Positions 11,152 to 18,774 of a DNA stretch of 32,875 bases are shown here, in pieces. Location of the stretch: contig JBHHVD010000030.1 of assembly GCA_046754105.1 (NCBI GenBank), positions 1-32,875 of the forward strand, written 5' to 3'. The DNA comes from Candidatus Krumholzibacteriia bacterium. Lineage in GTDB: Bacteria > Krumholzibacteriota > Krumholzibacteriia > WVZY01. The notes under the pieces are model-generated. The model ran no database searches and had not been told where the DNA came from. It saw only the letters and a list, made by a program, of their open reading frames with translations. Within the stretch, counting starts at the first letter, position 1; every line of letters begins with the position of its first letter. Made by a program: the position numbers and the translations under genes.

Positions 11152-11370
11152 CTAACCTCCATGCGTCAAGACAGGAACCGCGGGTTCGGCGGGCCGGGCA
11201 CCGGAAACGGGGGCACTCCGGATCAAACAGTCCTCGCGCGCCGACGGGTTCCGTAATTCTATCCGCCACGGATTGTGGCCGGCCGGCGCGCTGCGAAACT
11301 CGCCGTCGACCCCCATTCCCGCGCGCGCGGCCCAAACGGTCGTATGCTGGTCTCGACGCATTGAGGCTAA
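11152..11370 (-). mobile_element. MITE-like or structured-RNA element (211 bp, 11156-11366) with imperfect 17-bp terminal inverted repeats and flanking CTAA direct repeats
   Basis: CCTCCATGCGTCAAGAC (11156-11172) matches the reverse complement of 11350-11366, CCTCAATGCGTCGAGAC, at 15/17. CTAA occurs at 11152-11155 and 11367-11370. Nested internal stems: 11191-11213 with 11310-11333, and 11236-11245 with 11282-11291. Confidence 0.6.
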
Positions 11371-12974
11371 CTCTCCTGTTCTTCCGCCGGGCGCATGACC
11401 CAGGTATCGCACGCGAATGTCTTGTCGTCACGATGCGGGTAGCTCTCTGTATAGTGCAGGCCGCGGCTTTCTTTGCGCTTCATCGCGCAGAGGACGACCA
11501 GGCGGCCGACGAGAATCACGTTTCTCAGTTCGAGCAGGTCTTGGGTCAGCCGGCATTTCCAGTAGAGAGACTCGACGGTGCTCTCCAGTTCCTGCATTCG
11601 CCGGCGGGCGAGGTCCAACCGTTCGTCGTTGCGTATGATGCCAACGTAGTCCCACATGATCCGGCGCGCCTCGTCCCAGTCGTGATCGAGGATCACCGAT
11701 TCCTTCAGCGCCACCGTGTGATCTTCCTGCCACGGTAACGGATCCCGGACACGCTGCCGGTCGAGCCGGTCGTCTTGCTCCAGCACGCGGGCCGCGCGGT
11801 TTACGTAGACTACCGCCTCGAGCAGCGAGTTGCTCGCCAACCGGTTGGCTCCGTGGAGGCCGGTGTGGCTGACCTCTCCCAGCGCCAGCAGGTTCGTGAG
11901 CGACGTCCTGCCGTCCATATCGACGTCAATACCGCCGCAGAAGTAGTGCGTGGCCGGCACCACCGGTATCGGATCCCGCGTGATGTCGATGCCGAGTTCC
12001 AGGCAGCGGCTAGAGATATTCGGGAAACGCGCCCGCACGTGGGCGGCATCCAGATGCGTGAGATCCAGGTACGCACACTTTGCGCCGGTCCGCTTCATCT
12101 CGCCGTCGATCGCCCGGGCCACCGCGTCACGCGGCGCGAGGTCCTTCTGGGGATGATAGTCGCCCATGAATGCGCGACCATCGTCCCGTCTCAATATGCC
12201 GCCCTCACCCCGCAACGCCTCGGTCAACAGGAACGACTTCGACTCGGGATGGTAGAGGCAGGTGGGATGGAACTGGACGAACTCCAGGTTGGCGATACGA
12301 GCCCCGGCGCGGTACGCCATCGCGATGCCGTCGCCGGTTGCGATGTCGGGGTTGGAAGTATACAGGTAGACTTTCCCCGCGCCCCCCGTGGCCAGGATCG
12401 TCCGCTTCGCGGCAAACGCCTCGACCTCCTCTTGCTCGACGTCGAGGACGTAGGCACCGAACACCGCGGTGCCGTCGGTATCCGGATTCACCAGGTGACG
12501 CGCCGTCACCAGCCCGACCGCCATGTGGTTTTCATGGAGGGTGATGTGGTCGTCCGCCCTTGCGCGTTCGAGCAGTATCCGCTGGATCTCCCGTCCGGTG
12601 AGATCGTGGCTGTGGACGATACGGTTGACCGAGTGCCCGCCCTCCCGCCCCAGCGAAAGCCCGTCCCCCTCCCGGGTGAACCGCACCCCGATGTCGATCA
12701 ATTCCCGCACGCGCGCCGGTCCGTCGCGGATGATCATCTCGACCACCTCGCCCCGGCACAACCCCGCACCACACTCGAGGGTATCGCGGATGTGCAGGTC
12801 GAAACTGTCCCGCGGACCCTGTACCGAGGCGATGCCGCCCTGGGCCAGGTTCGTGTTGGAATCGGCCATGCCCCGCTTGGTCACCACGCGGACCGTTCCG
12901 AAGCGGGCCGCCTTCAAGGCGAAGAGAAGACCGGCCACGCCGCTGCCTACCACCAGGAAATCCGAGCGTTTCAT
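11367..12974 (-). CDS. nadB: L-aspartate oxidase
   Basis: Motifs VVGSGVAGL, SNTNLAQGGIA, REGGHS.NRIVH, FVQFHPTCL, TEALRGEGG, TGLHGANRLASNSLLE and ESRGLHY. Start is ATG 12974 or GTG 12980. Confidence 0.96.
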   Translation of the reverse strand: MKRSDFLVVGSGVAGLLFALKAARFGTVRVVTKRGMADSNTNLAQGGIASVQGPRDSFDLHIRDTLECGAGLCRGEVVEMIIRDGPARVRELIDIGVRFTREGDGLSLGREGGHSVNRIVHSHDLTGREIQRILLERARADDHITLHENHMAVGLVTARHLVNPDTDGTAVFGAYVLDVEQEEVEAFAAKRTILATGGAGKVYLYTSNPDIATGDGIAMAYRAGARIANLEFVQFHPTCLYHPESKSFLLTEALRGEGGILRRDDGRAFMGDYHPQKDLAPRDAVARAIDGEMKRTGAKCAYLDLTHLDAAHVRARFPNISSRCLELGIDITRDPIPVVPATHYFCGGIDVDMDGRTSLTNLLALGEVSHTGLHGANRLASNSLLEAVVYVNRAARVLEQDDRLDRQRVRDPLPWQEDHTVALKESVILDHDWDEARRIMWDYVGIIRNDERLDLARRRMQELESTVESLYWKCRLTQDLLELRNVILVGRLVVLCAMKRKESRGLHYTESYPHRDDKTFACDTWVMRPAEEQES

Positions 12975-13045
12975 CGACACGTGTCGGGGAATGAAAACAT
13001 GGGGATCAAGAGCCTGCCCGTGCGGAGTCAGAAGGACCGAATTTC

Positions 13046-13074
13046 ACTATAAGTAAGCGGTTTCACGATTGCAA
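13046..13074 (-). promoter_or_regulatory. sigma70-type promoter for nadB and the probable nadB-MT-bsh operon
   Basis: The minus strand reads TTGCAA-N17-TATAGT, about 70 nt upstream of the nadB start. Confidence 0.6.
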
Positions 13075-13197
13075 CACCTAATGGGACAAACGGTTGCAGA
13101 ATGCACGGGGGCGGCAGCGATACGGGCACCTGTCGCGGCCCGAACGTCTAATTGTAGTAGCGAAAGGGTGATACGGCCGCTTTTCGCCGGGCGCTAC

Positions 13198-13213
13198 TGG
13201 CATATACATTGCG
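13198..13213 (+). promoter_or_regulatory. sigma54 (-24/-12) promoter of the lipoprotein gene
   Basis: TGGCATA-TACA-TTGCG is near-consensus with GG-N10-GC spacing, about 60 nt before the ATG at 13273. Confidence 0.75.
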
Positions 13214-13272
13214 TAGCGGTTGCGTTGAGATTCTATATCCGAACCGGATCTTACTTTGAGGAGGTTGCCTTG

Positions 13273-13878
13273 ATGAACCGGAAACTGGTTGTATTTACTT
13301 TTGTTATGGCGCTCGCCATGGTCGTGGTGGCCAGCTGCCAAAACGACCCGGAGGACAACCGGGCCGTGGTGACCGTGAGCTCGATCAACAACAACGCGCC
13401 GTTCTTCAGCGACGTGCTGGAACAGGGGGACACACTCTTTGTCGGCGGCGCCCCTTTCACCCAGGACGATTTCGTCGAAGAAGACTTCATCCCCGTGATA
13501 TTCCACAACCGGCCGTTCCATTCCTTCGTTACGACCGGGCCGGGCCAGCCGTTCAACGATTTCCTGATCACGCGCTACCGCGTCGAGTGGCGGCGCGCCG
13601 ACGGCGGACTGGTCGTGTTGCCGACGTACGACGGCGCGACCAGCGTCATGGTACCGTCCAACGAGCTCGTGACCGCCTCTTTCCTTCTCGTACCCTTCGA
13701 GCAAAAAAACGGTGCGCTCTTGTCGGCGATCAACTATCTGGGGTTGAACTTCCCTGACGAAATCCTGATGATCGCCCGGCTGACCTTCTGGGGTCACGAA
13801 ACCGGGTCGGACCGCGAGTGGTTCTTTACCGCCGAGGTATCGGTCGATTTTGCAGACCCGGTGGTGAAATCGCAGTAA
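13273..13878 (+). CDS. Hypothetical lipoprotein (201 aa, beta-rich)
   Basis: SD GAGGAGG at 13258-13264. Signal peptide MNRKLVVFTFVMALAMVVVAS-C with a VASC lipobox. Followed by a strong hairpin. Confidence 0.85.
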   Translation: MNRKLVVFTFVMALAMVVVASCQNDPEDNRAVVTVSSINNNAPFFSDVLEQGDTLFVGGAPFTQDDFVEEDFIPVIFHNRPFHSFVTTGPGQPFNDFLITRYRVEWRRADGGLVVLPTYDGATSVMVPSNELVTASFLLVPFEQKNGALLSAINYLGLNFPDEILMIARLTFWGHETGSDREWFFTAEVSVDFADPVVKSQ

Positions 13879-13942
13879 CGAATGCCTCCCATGGTGGATC
13901 AACCTCCCGCCGTGTAAGGAACAGGATCCGGATATCTACCCG

Positions 13943-15124
13943 TCACGAAGAAGCCGCAGGCGTTGCCTGCGGCTTCTTCGTTATCTCCCGCAGGACGGCT
14001 TCGTCGACCGCCAACACGAGACGGCCCACCAACACGCGCGTGAACGAGAGGTCGAAGCCACACAGCTTCACCCAGTCCTTGTCGGTTGTTACGAGGGTCG
14101 TGATGCCGCGCTCGCGCAGTGCGTGCCGGATATCGGCCAGATCGCGCTCACGATACCGGTGATGATCCGGGTAGCGCAGCGCCAGTGCCAGGCCGCCGGT
14201 GTGCGGACCGAGCGAGCGCTCGAAGCCGCCGGGGCGGGCAACCGACGACAGGGCCGCTACGCCGCCGCCGACGTTTTGCGCCACGGGGCCTCGCTCGCCC
14301 TTTCCCAGGTCCACGATAACGACGCTCCGCTCGATGCCGAAAACCGGTACGTCCCTGCCACACGCCCCGCGCACGGCTTCGGCGTAGCGCGCCGGCGCCT
14401 CGCGACTCTCGCAGCCGTTTATACCGATTACGTCCGCGCGGGCCAACGCGCCCGGTGGTTCTCGCAACGTACCCGCGGGAACGACGCGCCCGTTGCCGAA
14501 CGGGCGACCCGCGTCCAGCAGCACGACGTCGCGGTCCCGCGGCACCCGCCACGACTGGAAGGCGTCGTCGAGGATGATGTGGGTGGGGCCAAACATCCCG
14601 CGGGCGAGATCGATCGCTCGTAGTTTGTCCCGTGAAAAGAAAAGCGGTGTCCCGGGACAGCGCATCGCGACCATGGCACCCTCATCGCCGACGTCGCCCG
14701 CCCCCAACGGCCCCCGCGCCGGGAGCAAGCGCAGGCCGTCCGCGCGCACCGGGCAGCGCCCGCCGTCCCACGCCGCGCGCACGGTGACGGCGGCCAGCCG
14801 CCCCGCCGTGCTCGCGAACCCCCGGCTCACATAGACCGGCCGCTGCCCGGTGCGCTCCAGGAACTGCAGGAGATGGACGGCGAGCGGGGTCTTGCCGTTG
14901 CCTCCCATTTCGAGGTTGCCCACCGCCACGACGGTCGTATCCTCCCAGGGTGCCGGGCGCCGGCCGGTACGACGCCGGCGCAACCCCTCCGAAAAGGCGT
15001 GGTAGAACAACGCCGCTGGCCGGCCAAATAGTGCCGGCGGCCGGCGCAGCACGGCCACCCCGCCGCGCGGGTAGAGCACCTCGTGGGGCGTCGGGTCAGC
15101 GGTCCGGGTGGGAGATGGATTCAT
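13943..15124 (-). CDS. lpxK: Tetraacyldisaccharide 4'-kinase
   Basis: Motifs VAVGNLEMGGNGKTP, SRGF, GDEG, ILDDAFQ, PFGNGRVVPAGTLRE, YPDHH.Y and VTTDKDWVKL. Confidence 0.92.
   Translation of the reverse strand: MNPSPTRTADPTPHEVLYPRGGVAVLRRPPALFGRPAALFYHAFSEGLRRRRTGRRPAPWEDTTVVAVGNLEMGGNGKTPLAVHLLQFLERTGQRPVYVSRGFASTAGRLAAVTVRAAWDGGRCPVRADGLRLLPARGPLGAGDVGDEGAMVAMRCPGTPLFFSRDKLRAIDLARGMFGPTHIILDDAFQSWRVPRDRDVVLLDAGRPFGNGRVVPAGTLREPPGALARADVIGINGCESREAPARYAEAVRGACGRDVPVFGIERSVVIVDLGKGERGPVAQNVGGGVAALSSVARPGGFERSLGPHTGGLALALRYPDHHRYRERDLADIRHALRERGITTLVTTDKDWVKLCGFDLSFTRVLVGRLVLAVDEAVLREITKKPQATPAASS
13945..13981. terminator. Perfect 17-bp stem-loop, probable bidirectional intrinsic terminator
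   Basis: ACGAAGAAGCCGCAGGC-GTT-GCCTGCGGCTTCTTCGT lies at the convergence of the lipoprotein gene and lpxK. Confidence 0.75.
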
Positions 15125-15794
15125 CGTTCATCCGGGTGAGGTCCGTGAGCGCGCCTTCCGCCTCACGGCGTTTCGCCTCGATTGTCTCTTCGTCCGCGTC
15201 CGGCGGCACGACGATCGGCCTCCCGAAACGGACACTGACTCGGGCAAACGGCCTGGGCATCTGGAACGCGTCCCAGGACGAGAGCACCCACGGATTCGGG
15301 GTGGATGCGGTGATGGGGATCAGCGGGGCGCCGCTGAGCTTGGCGATCTCGATGGGTCCCGGCTTGAAGACGTACGGGGGACCGACGGGGCCGTCGACGG
15401 TGAGGCCGAGGTGATACCCCGCTCGCAGCCTGGCAACCAGCTCACGGATCGCGCGCGCGCCTCCGCGCGTGCTCGAGCCTCTCACGTGTCCGTAGCCAAG
15501 ACTCCGCACTACCTGGCCCATCAACTCGCCGTCCCTGTGCTCGCTGGCCAGCAGTTGGATGCCCTGCTCGCGAAACGAGTAGCTCAGCGCCAGCATCCTG
15601 CCGTGCCAGAAGCTGTAGACGTGCACGGGGGCGTGTCGGCACGCGTCCTCGCGGAAATGCTCGCCGTGGAATTCGATGCGCCACGTACTTCCCCACGCGC
15701 GTATCAGGCCGGCGCCCAGGTAGCCCCCGAGACGCAAACGACGCTTTACACGGAACTCAGTAGCCGCTGAGAAATCTCCGCTACGCGGCGGCAT
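15096..15794 (-). CDS. DUF374 lysophospholipid acyltransferase family protein (LpxJ-like late acyltransferase)
   Basis: Motifs FWHGR, ASEHRDGE, VRGSSTRGG, TVDGPVGP and SWDAFQMPRPF. The start is uncertain (TTG at 15737 would avoid overlap with lpxB). Confidence 0.88.
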   Translation of the reverse strand: MPPRSGDFSAATEFRVKRRLRLGGYLGAGLIRAWGSTWRIEFHGEHFREDACRHAPVHVYSFWHGRMLALSYSFREQGIQLLASEHRDGELMGQVVRSLGYGHVRGSSTRGGARAIRELVARLRAGYHLGLTVDGPVGPPYVFKPGPIEIAKLSGAPLIPITASTPNPWVLSSWDAFQMPRPFARVSVRFGRPIVVPPDADEETIEAKRREAEGALTDLTRMNDESISHPDR

Positions 15795-16861
15795 CCTCCA
15801 CCTCCGGAGAGCATCGCCCGAAGGTCCCCAAAACGGGCGAGCATCGCTGTTCGTTGCGAGGGGTCCTCGAGCAGTGTCAGCGCCTTACCTGCTATCGTCT
15901 TCGGCCTGGCCTCGATCTGGATGAACTCGGGGCATATCTCTTCACCGAGTATAATGTTGACGAGGCCGATGTGATCGATCTTCACCACGGTGCGTGCGAA
16001 CAGGTAATTGACAAGTGACATACGGTAGACGATGATCAACGGAGTCTCGAACAGCGCCCCCTGCAGTGTTGCGGTACCCGACGCGACCAGCAGCAGTTTC
16101 GCCCTCGCCATGACGTCCTGTGCGTTGTCCTCGAACATTACGTCCAGCGCGTAACGCGACAGGATCTTGCGATAAATCGACTTCGGTACCGAGGGACTCA
16201 GACCGATGGTGAACGTCTCGCGCGGCCGTTCGCGGTGGATCATGTGGGCCGTCTCGAGAAGAACGGGCAGGATGCGCCGCACCTCTTGCGCCCGGCTTCC
16301 GGGGAGCAGCCCGATGCCCTCGCGTCCCTGCTGGCCACGCGGGGCGGGCAGTGCGTGGTCTTCCACGAAAGGGTGTCCTACGAACTCCACCGGAATGCCC
16401 TCATCGCGATAGATCTTCTCCTCGAACGGGAGGATGACCGCCATGAAGTCGACCAGCCGCGTCATCTTTTCGACCCGGCCGCGACCCCAGGCCCACACCT
16501 GTGGGCTGATATAATAGAGAACCGGTACGGCGAGCTGTTTGGCGCGCGCGGCCAGCCTCAGGTTCAAACCGGGATAGTCCACGGGGATAAACAAATCGGC
16601 GTCGGCGAGCGCTCGCTTCAAGTTTCGCTCGAGCCTGGCCAGCCGCGGCAGGTTGGTCAGGACCCCCGACATACCCACGATCGCCGAGTAATCGTCGATG
16701 TGATAGAGGAGTCTCGCTCCGGCCGCGCGGACGTTGTCGCCGCCGAACGCCACGATGTTCGCGTGCGGTATCCTGCGCCGGAGTTCACCGACGAGGTGCG
16801 CCGCGTGCAGGTCTCCGCTGGCCTCACCACAAGTGACGAGTATGGTTGGATCGTCCTTCAT
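15746..16861 (-). CDS. lpxB: Lipid-A-disaccharide synthase
   Basis: Motifs GEASGDLH, VDYPGLN, YYISPQVWAW, ILPFE, FVGHP, LLPGSR and SGTATL. Confidence 0.96.
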   Translation of the reverse strand: MKDDPTILVTCGEASGDLHAAHLVGELRRRIPHANIVAFGGDNVRAAGARLLYHIDDYSAIVGMSGVLTNLPRLARLERNLKRALADADLFIPVDYPGLNLRLAARAKQLAVPVLYYISPQVWAWGRGRVEKMTRLVDFMAVILPFEEKIYRDEGIPVEFVGHPFVEDHALPAPRGQQGREGIGLLPGSRAQEVRRILPVLLETAHMIHRERPRETFTIGLSPSVPKSIYRKILSRYALDVMFEDNAQDVMARAKLLLVASGTATLQGALFETPLIIVYRMSLVNYLFARTVVKIDHIGLVNIILGEEICPEFIQIEARPKTIAGKALTLLEDPSQRTAMLARFGDLRAMLSGGGGCRRVAEISQRLLSSV

Positions 16862-16870
16862 CGGTTCCGG

Positions 16871-17860
16871 CTATCGGATCGGTTTCTCGGACACGATGCG
16901 TTGTACCGCGGTGGCGATCTCGAGCGCGCGGAGCCCATCCTCACCCGTTACCGGTGGCTGCCTCCCATTCATGATCGTCTGGCAGAATGACTGCAGCTCG
17001 TCGAAGAGGGGTTCTTCGCCCTCGATCGCCGACTCCTCGATTTTCAGGAAATCGCGGAGCGAGACACTCCCCAGGTCGGTATCGTTCCGCTTGATGCGTG
17101 CGACACCGGCGTCGAAGGCGTCGCCCTTCTGCAAATGCTTGACGGTCCCCTTCAGCAAATCGATAGACAGGTAGTTGCGCCGCGAGAAGATCCGGATCTT
17201 GCGCATCGGCTCCATCGACACGCGGCTTGCCGTCAGGTTGGCCACGCAGCCGTTCCGGTACTCCAGCCGTGCGTTAACGATGTCGGGGCGATCGGTGAGA
17301 ATGCCGGCTCCCTTGGCGCGGATATCCGCCGGCGCCTCCCCTAGAAAGAGCCCCAGCAAGTCGAGATCGTGTATCATGAGGTCCATGATGACCGATACAT
17401 CGATACCACGCACGGTGAACGGCGCCAGGCGGTGGATCTCGATGAACGACGGCTCTTCAATATGCGGGTAGGCCTTGCGAAGCGCCGCGTTGAAGCGTTC
17501 TATGTGACCGATTTGAAGGACCCTCTCGCGCCGGCTCGCTGCTTCGATGATCTGTCCCGCCTCCGACATCGACGCCGCGATGGGCTTTTCCACGAACAGG
17601 TGGGTGCCCTTCTCCAGAGCCTTCAGGGACACTTCCTTGTGTTTGACGGTTGGAACCACGACGCTGACCGCGTCGACCTGCCCCAGCATCTCGTTCATAT
17701 CCGTGAAAACCGTGGCGCCGAAACGACGTCCGGCATCCCGTGATCGCTCCTCGACGATGTCGTAGCAGGCGACGTCATCGACCTCGGGGAGTCGCTTCAA
17801 TACCCGGACGTGCTGGGTGCCCAGCCGACCGGTGCCAACGACACCAACTCTGATTCCCAC
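16871..17860 (-). CDS. Gfo/Idh/MocA family oxidoreductase (GnnA-like)
   Basis: Rossmann motif GVVGTGRLG, plus VEKPIA, QIGHIERFN, DVSVIMDLMIHDLD and NLTASRVS. GTG at 17860 follows SD GAGAGGAG. Lies between lpxA and lpxB. Confidence 0.9.
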   Translation of the reverse strand: MGIRVGVVGTGRLGTQHVRVLKRLPEVDDVACYDIVEERSRDAGRRFGATVFTDMNEMLGQVDAVSVVVPTVKHKEVSLKALEKGTHLFVEKPIAASMSEAGQIIEAASRRERVLQIGHIERFNAALRKAYPHIEEPSFIEIHRLAPFTVRGIDVSVIMDLMIHDLDLLGLFLGEAPADIRAKGAGILTDRPDIVNARLEYRNGCVANLTASRVSMEPMRKIRIFSRRNYLSIDLLKGTVKHLQKGDAFDAGVARIKRNDTDLGSVSLRDFLKIEESAIEGEEPLFDELQSFCQTIMNGRQPPVTGEDGLRALEIATAVQRIVSEKPIR

Positions 17861-17924
17861 AGCTCTCCTCTCCAGGCGCGTTCGTCCTTCGGTAATGTCA
17901 GGTGGGTTTCCCGGCAACCGGGGC

Positions 17925-18734
17925 TTATCCGGCGATCCCGCGCTGGCTGGACTCCAAGAAATCCACGAGAATGCGCCTCTCTGGATCCCCGAACGTGCCG
18001 TTCCTGAGGTGGGCCAATGCCTGGGTCACGTTGAGCCGGCGGCGGTAGAGGACCGTGTACATGCGTTTGATCGCGGCACGCTTCTCCGCGGGAAACCCCC
18101 GCCGCTCGAGCCCGACGGTGTTGACGCCAAAAGCCCGTGCGGGGCTGCCCGCCGCCTTGACGTAGGGCGGAATGTCCTGCGTCACCCGGCATCCACCACC
18201 GATGATCGCGTGCTGCCCGACGCGGACGAACTGGTGAACCACCGTTCCGCCACCGATGATGGCGTATTGATCGAGGGTCACGTGCCCCGCGAGGTGGACC
18301 GAGTTCGCCATAACCACGTGGTCCGCCAGGACACAATTGTGAGCGACGTGGGCGTACGCCATAATAAAACAGTCGGAACCCACTTTCGTCTTGCCGCCCC
18401 GGTCCGTCGCCCGATTCACCGTACAGAATTCCCGAAATATGTTGCCGTCGCCAATCTCCACGTAGGCAACGTCGCCTTCGCACTTCAAATCCTGCGCGGG
18501 GGTCCCGATCGTGGCTCCGTGGAAGAACTCGTTGTTCTTGCCGATCGTCGTTCTACCCTCGATGAGCACGCGCGGCCCAACGACACAGCCGTCCCCCAAT
18601 TCAACGTGCTCCCCGATGATGCTGTATGGTCCAATCTTCACACCCGCGCCAACTTTTGCCCACGGGTTCACGATCGCCGTCGGGTGTATCTCGGTTTTCA
18701 GGTCAATACTCGTCAGTTTCGTCGGATCTTGCAT
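17925..18734 (-). CDS. lpxA: Acyl-ACP--UDP-GlcNAc O-acyltransferase
   Basis: Motifs IHPTAIV, hexapeptide repeats, PAQDLK, MAYAHVAHNC, VHQFVRVG and QDIPPY. ATG at 18734 follows GAGGGGG. Confidence 0.95.
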   Translation of the reverse strand: MQDPTKLTSIDLKTEIHPTAIVNPWAKVGAGVKIGPYSIIGEHVELGDGCVVGPRVLIEGRTTIGKNNEFFHGATIGTPAQDLKCEGDVAYVEIGDGNIFREFCTVNRATDRGGKTKVGSDCFIMAYAHVAHNCVLADHVVMANSVHLAGHVTLDQYAIIGGGTVVHQFVRVGQHAIIGGGCRVTQDIPPYVKAAGSPARAFGVNTVGLERRGFPAEKRAAIKRMYTVLYRRRLNVTQALAHLRNGTFGDPERRILVDFLESSQRGIAG

Positions 18735-18774
18735 TATCGCGAATTCCCCCTCATCCGTCGACGGCCGCCGGGCC

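Noticed and set aside
11144..11431. N-terminal extension of the methyltransferase and the small ORF 11152-11412
   Set aside because: These are Arg/Gly/Pro-rich translations of the palindromic element and overlap nadB. The domain starts at ATG 11143.
12981..13045. Possible NAD riboswitch in the nadB leader
   Set aside because: The leader is about 60 nt, and I see no match to the NAD+-I (nadA) or NAD+-II motifs and no convincing stems. A cmscan run would settle it.
13069..13272. 68-aa upstream extension of the lipoprotein ORF
   Set aside because: It covers the promoter region. The SD and signal peptide define ATG 13273 as the start.
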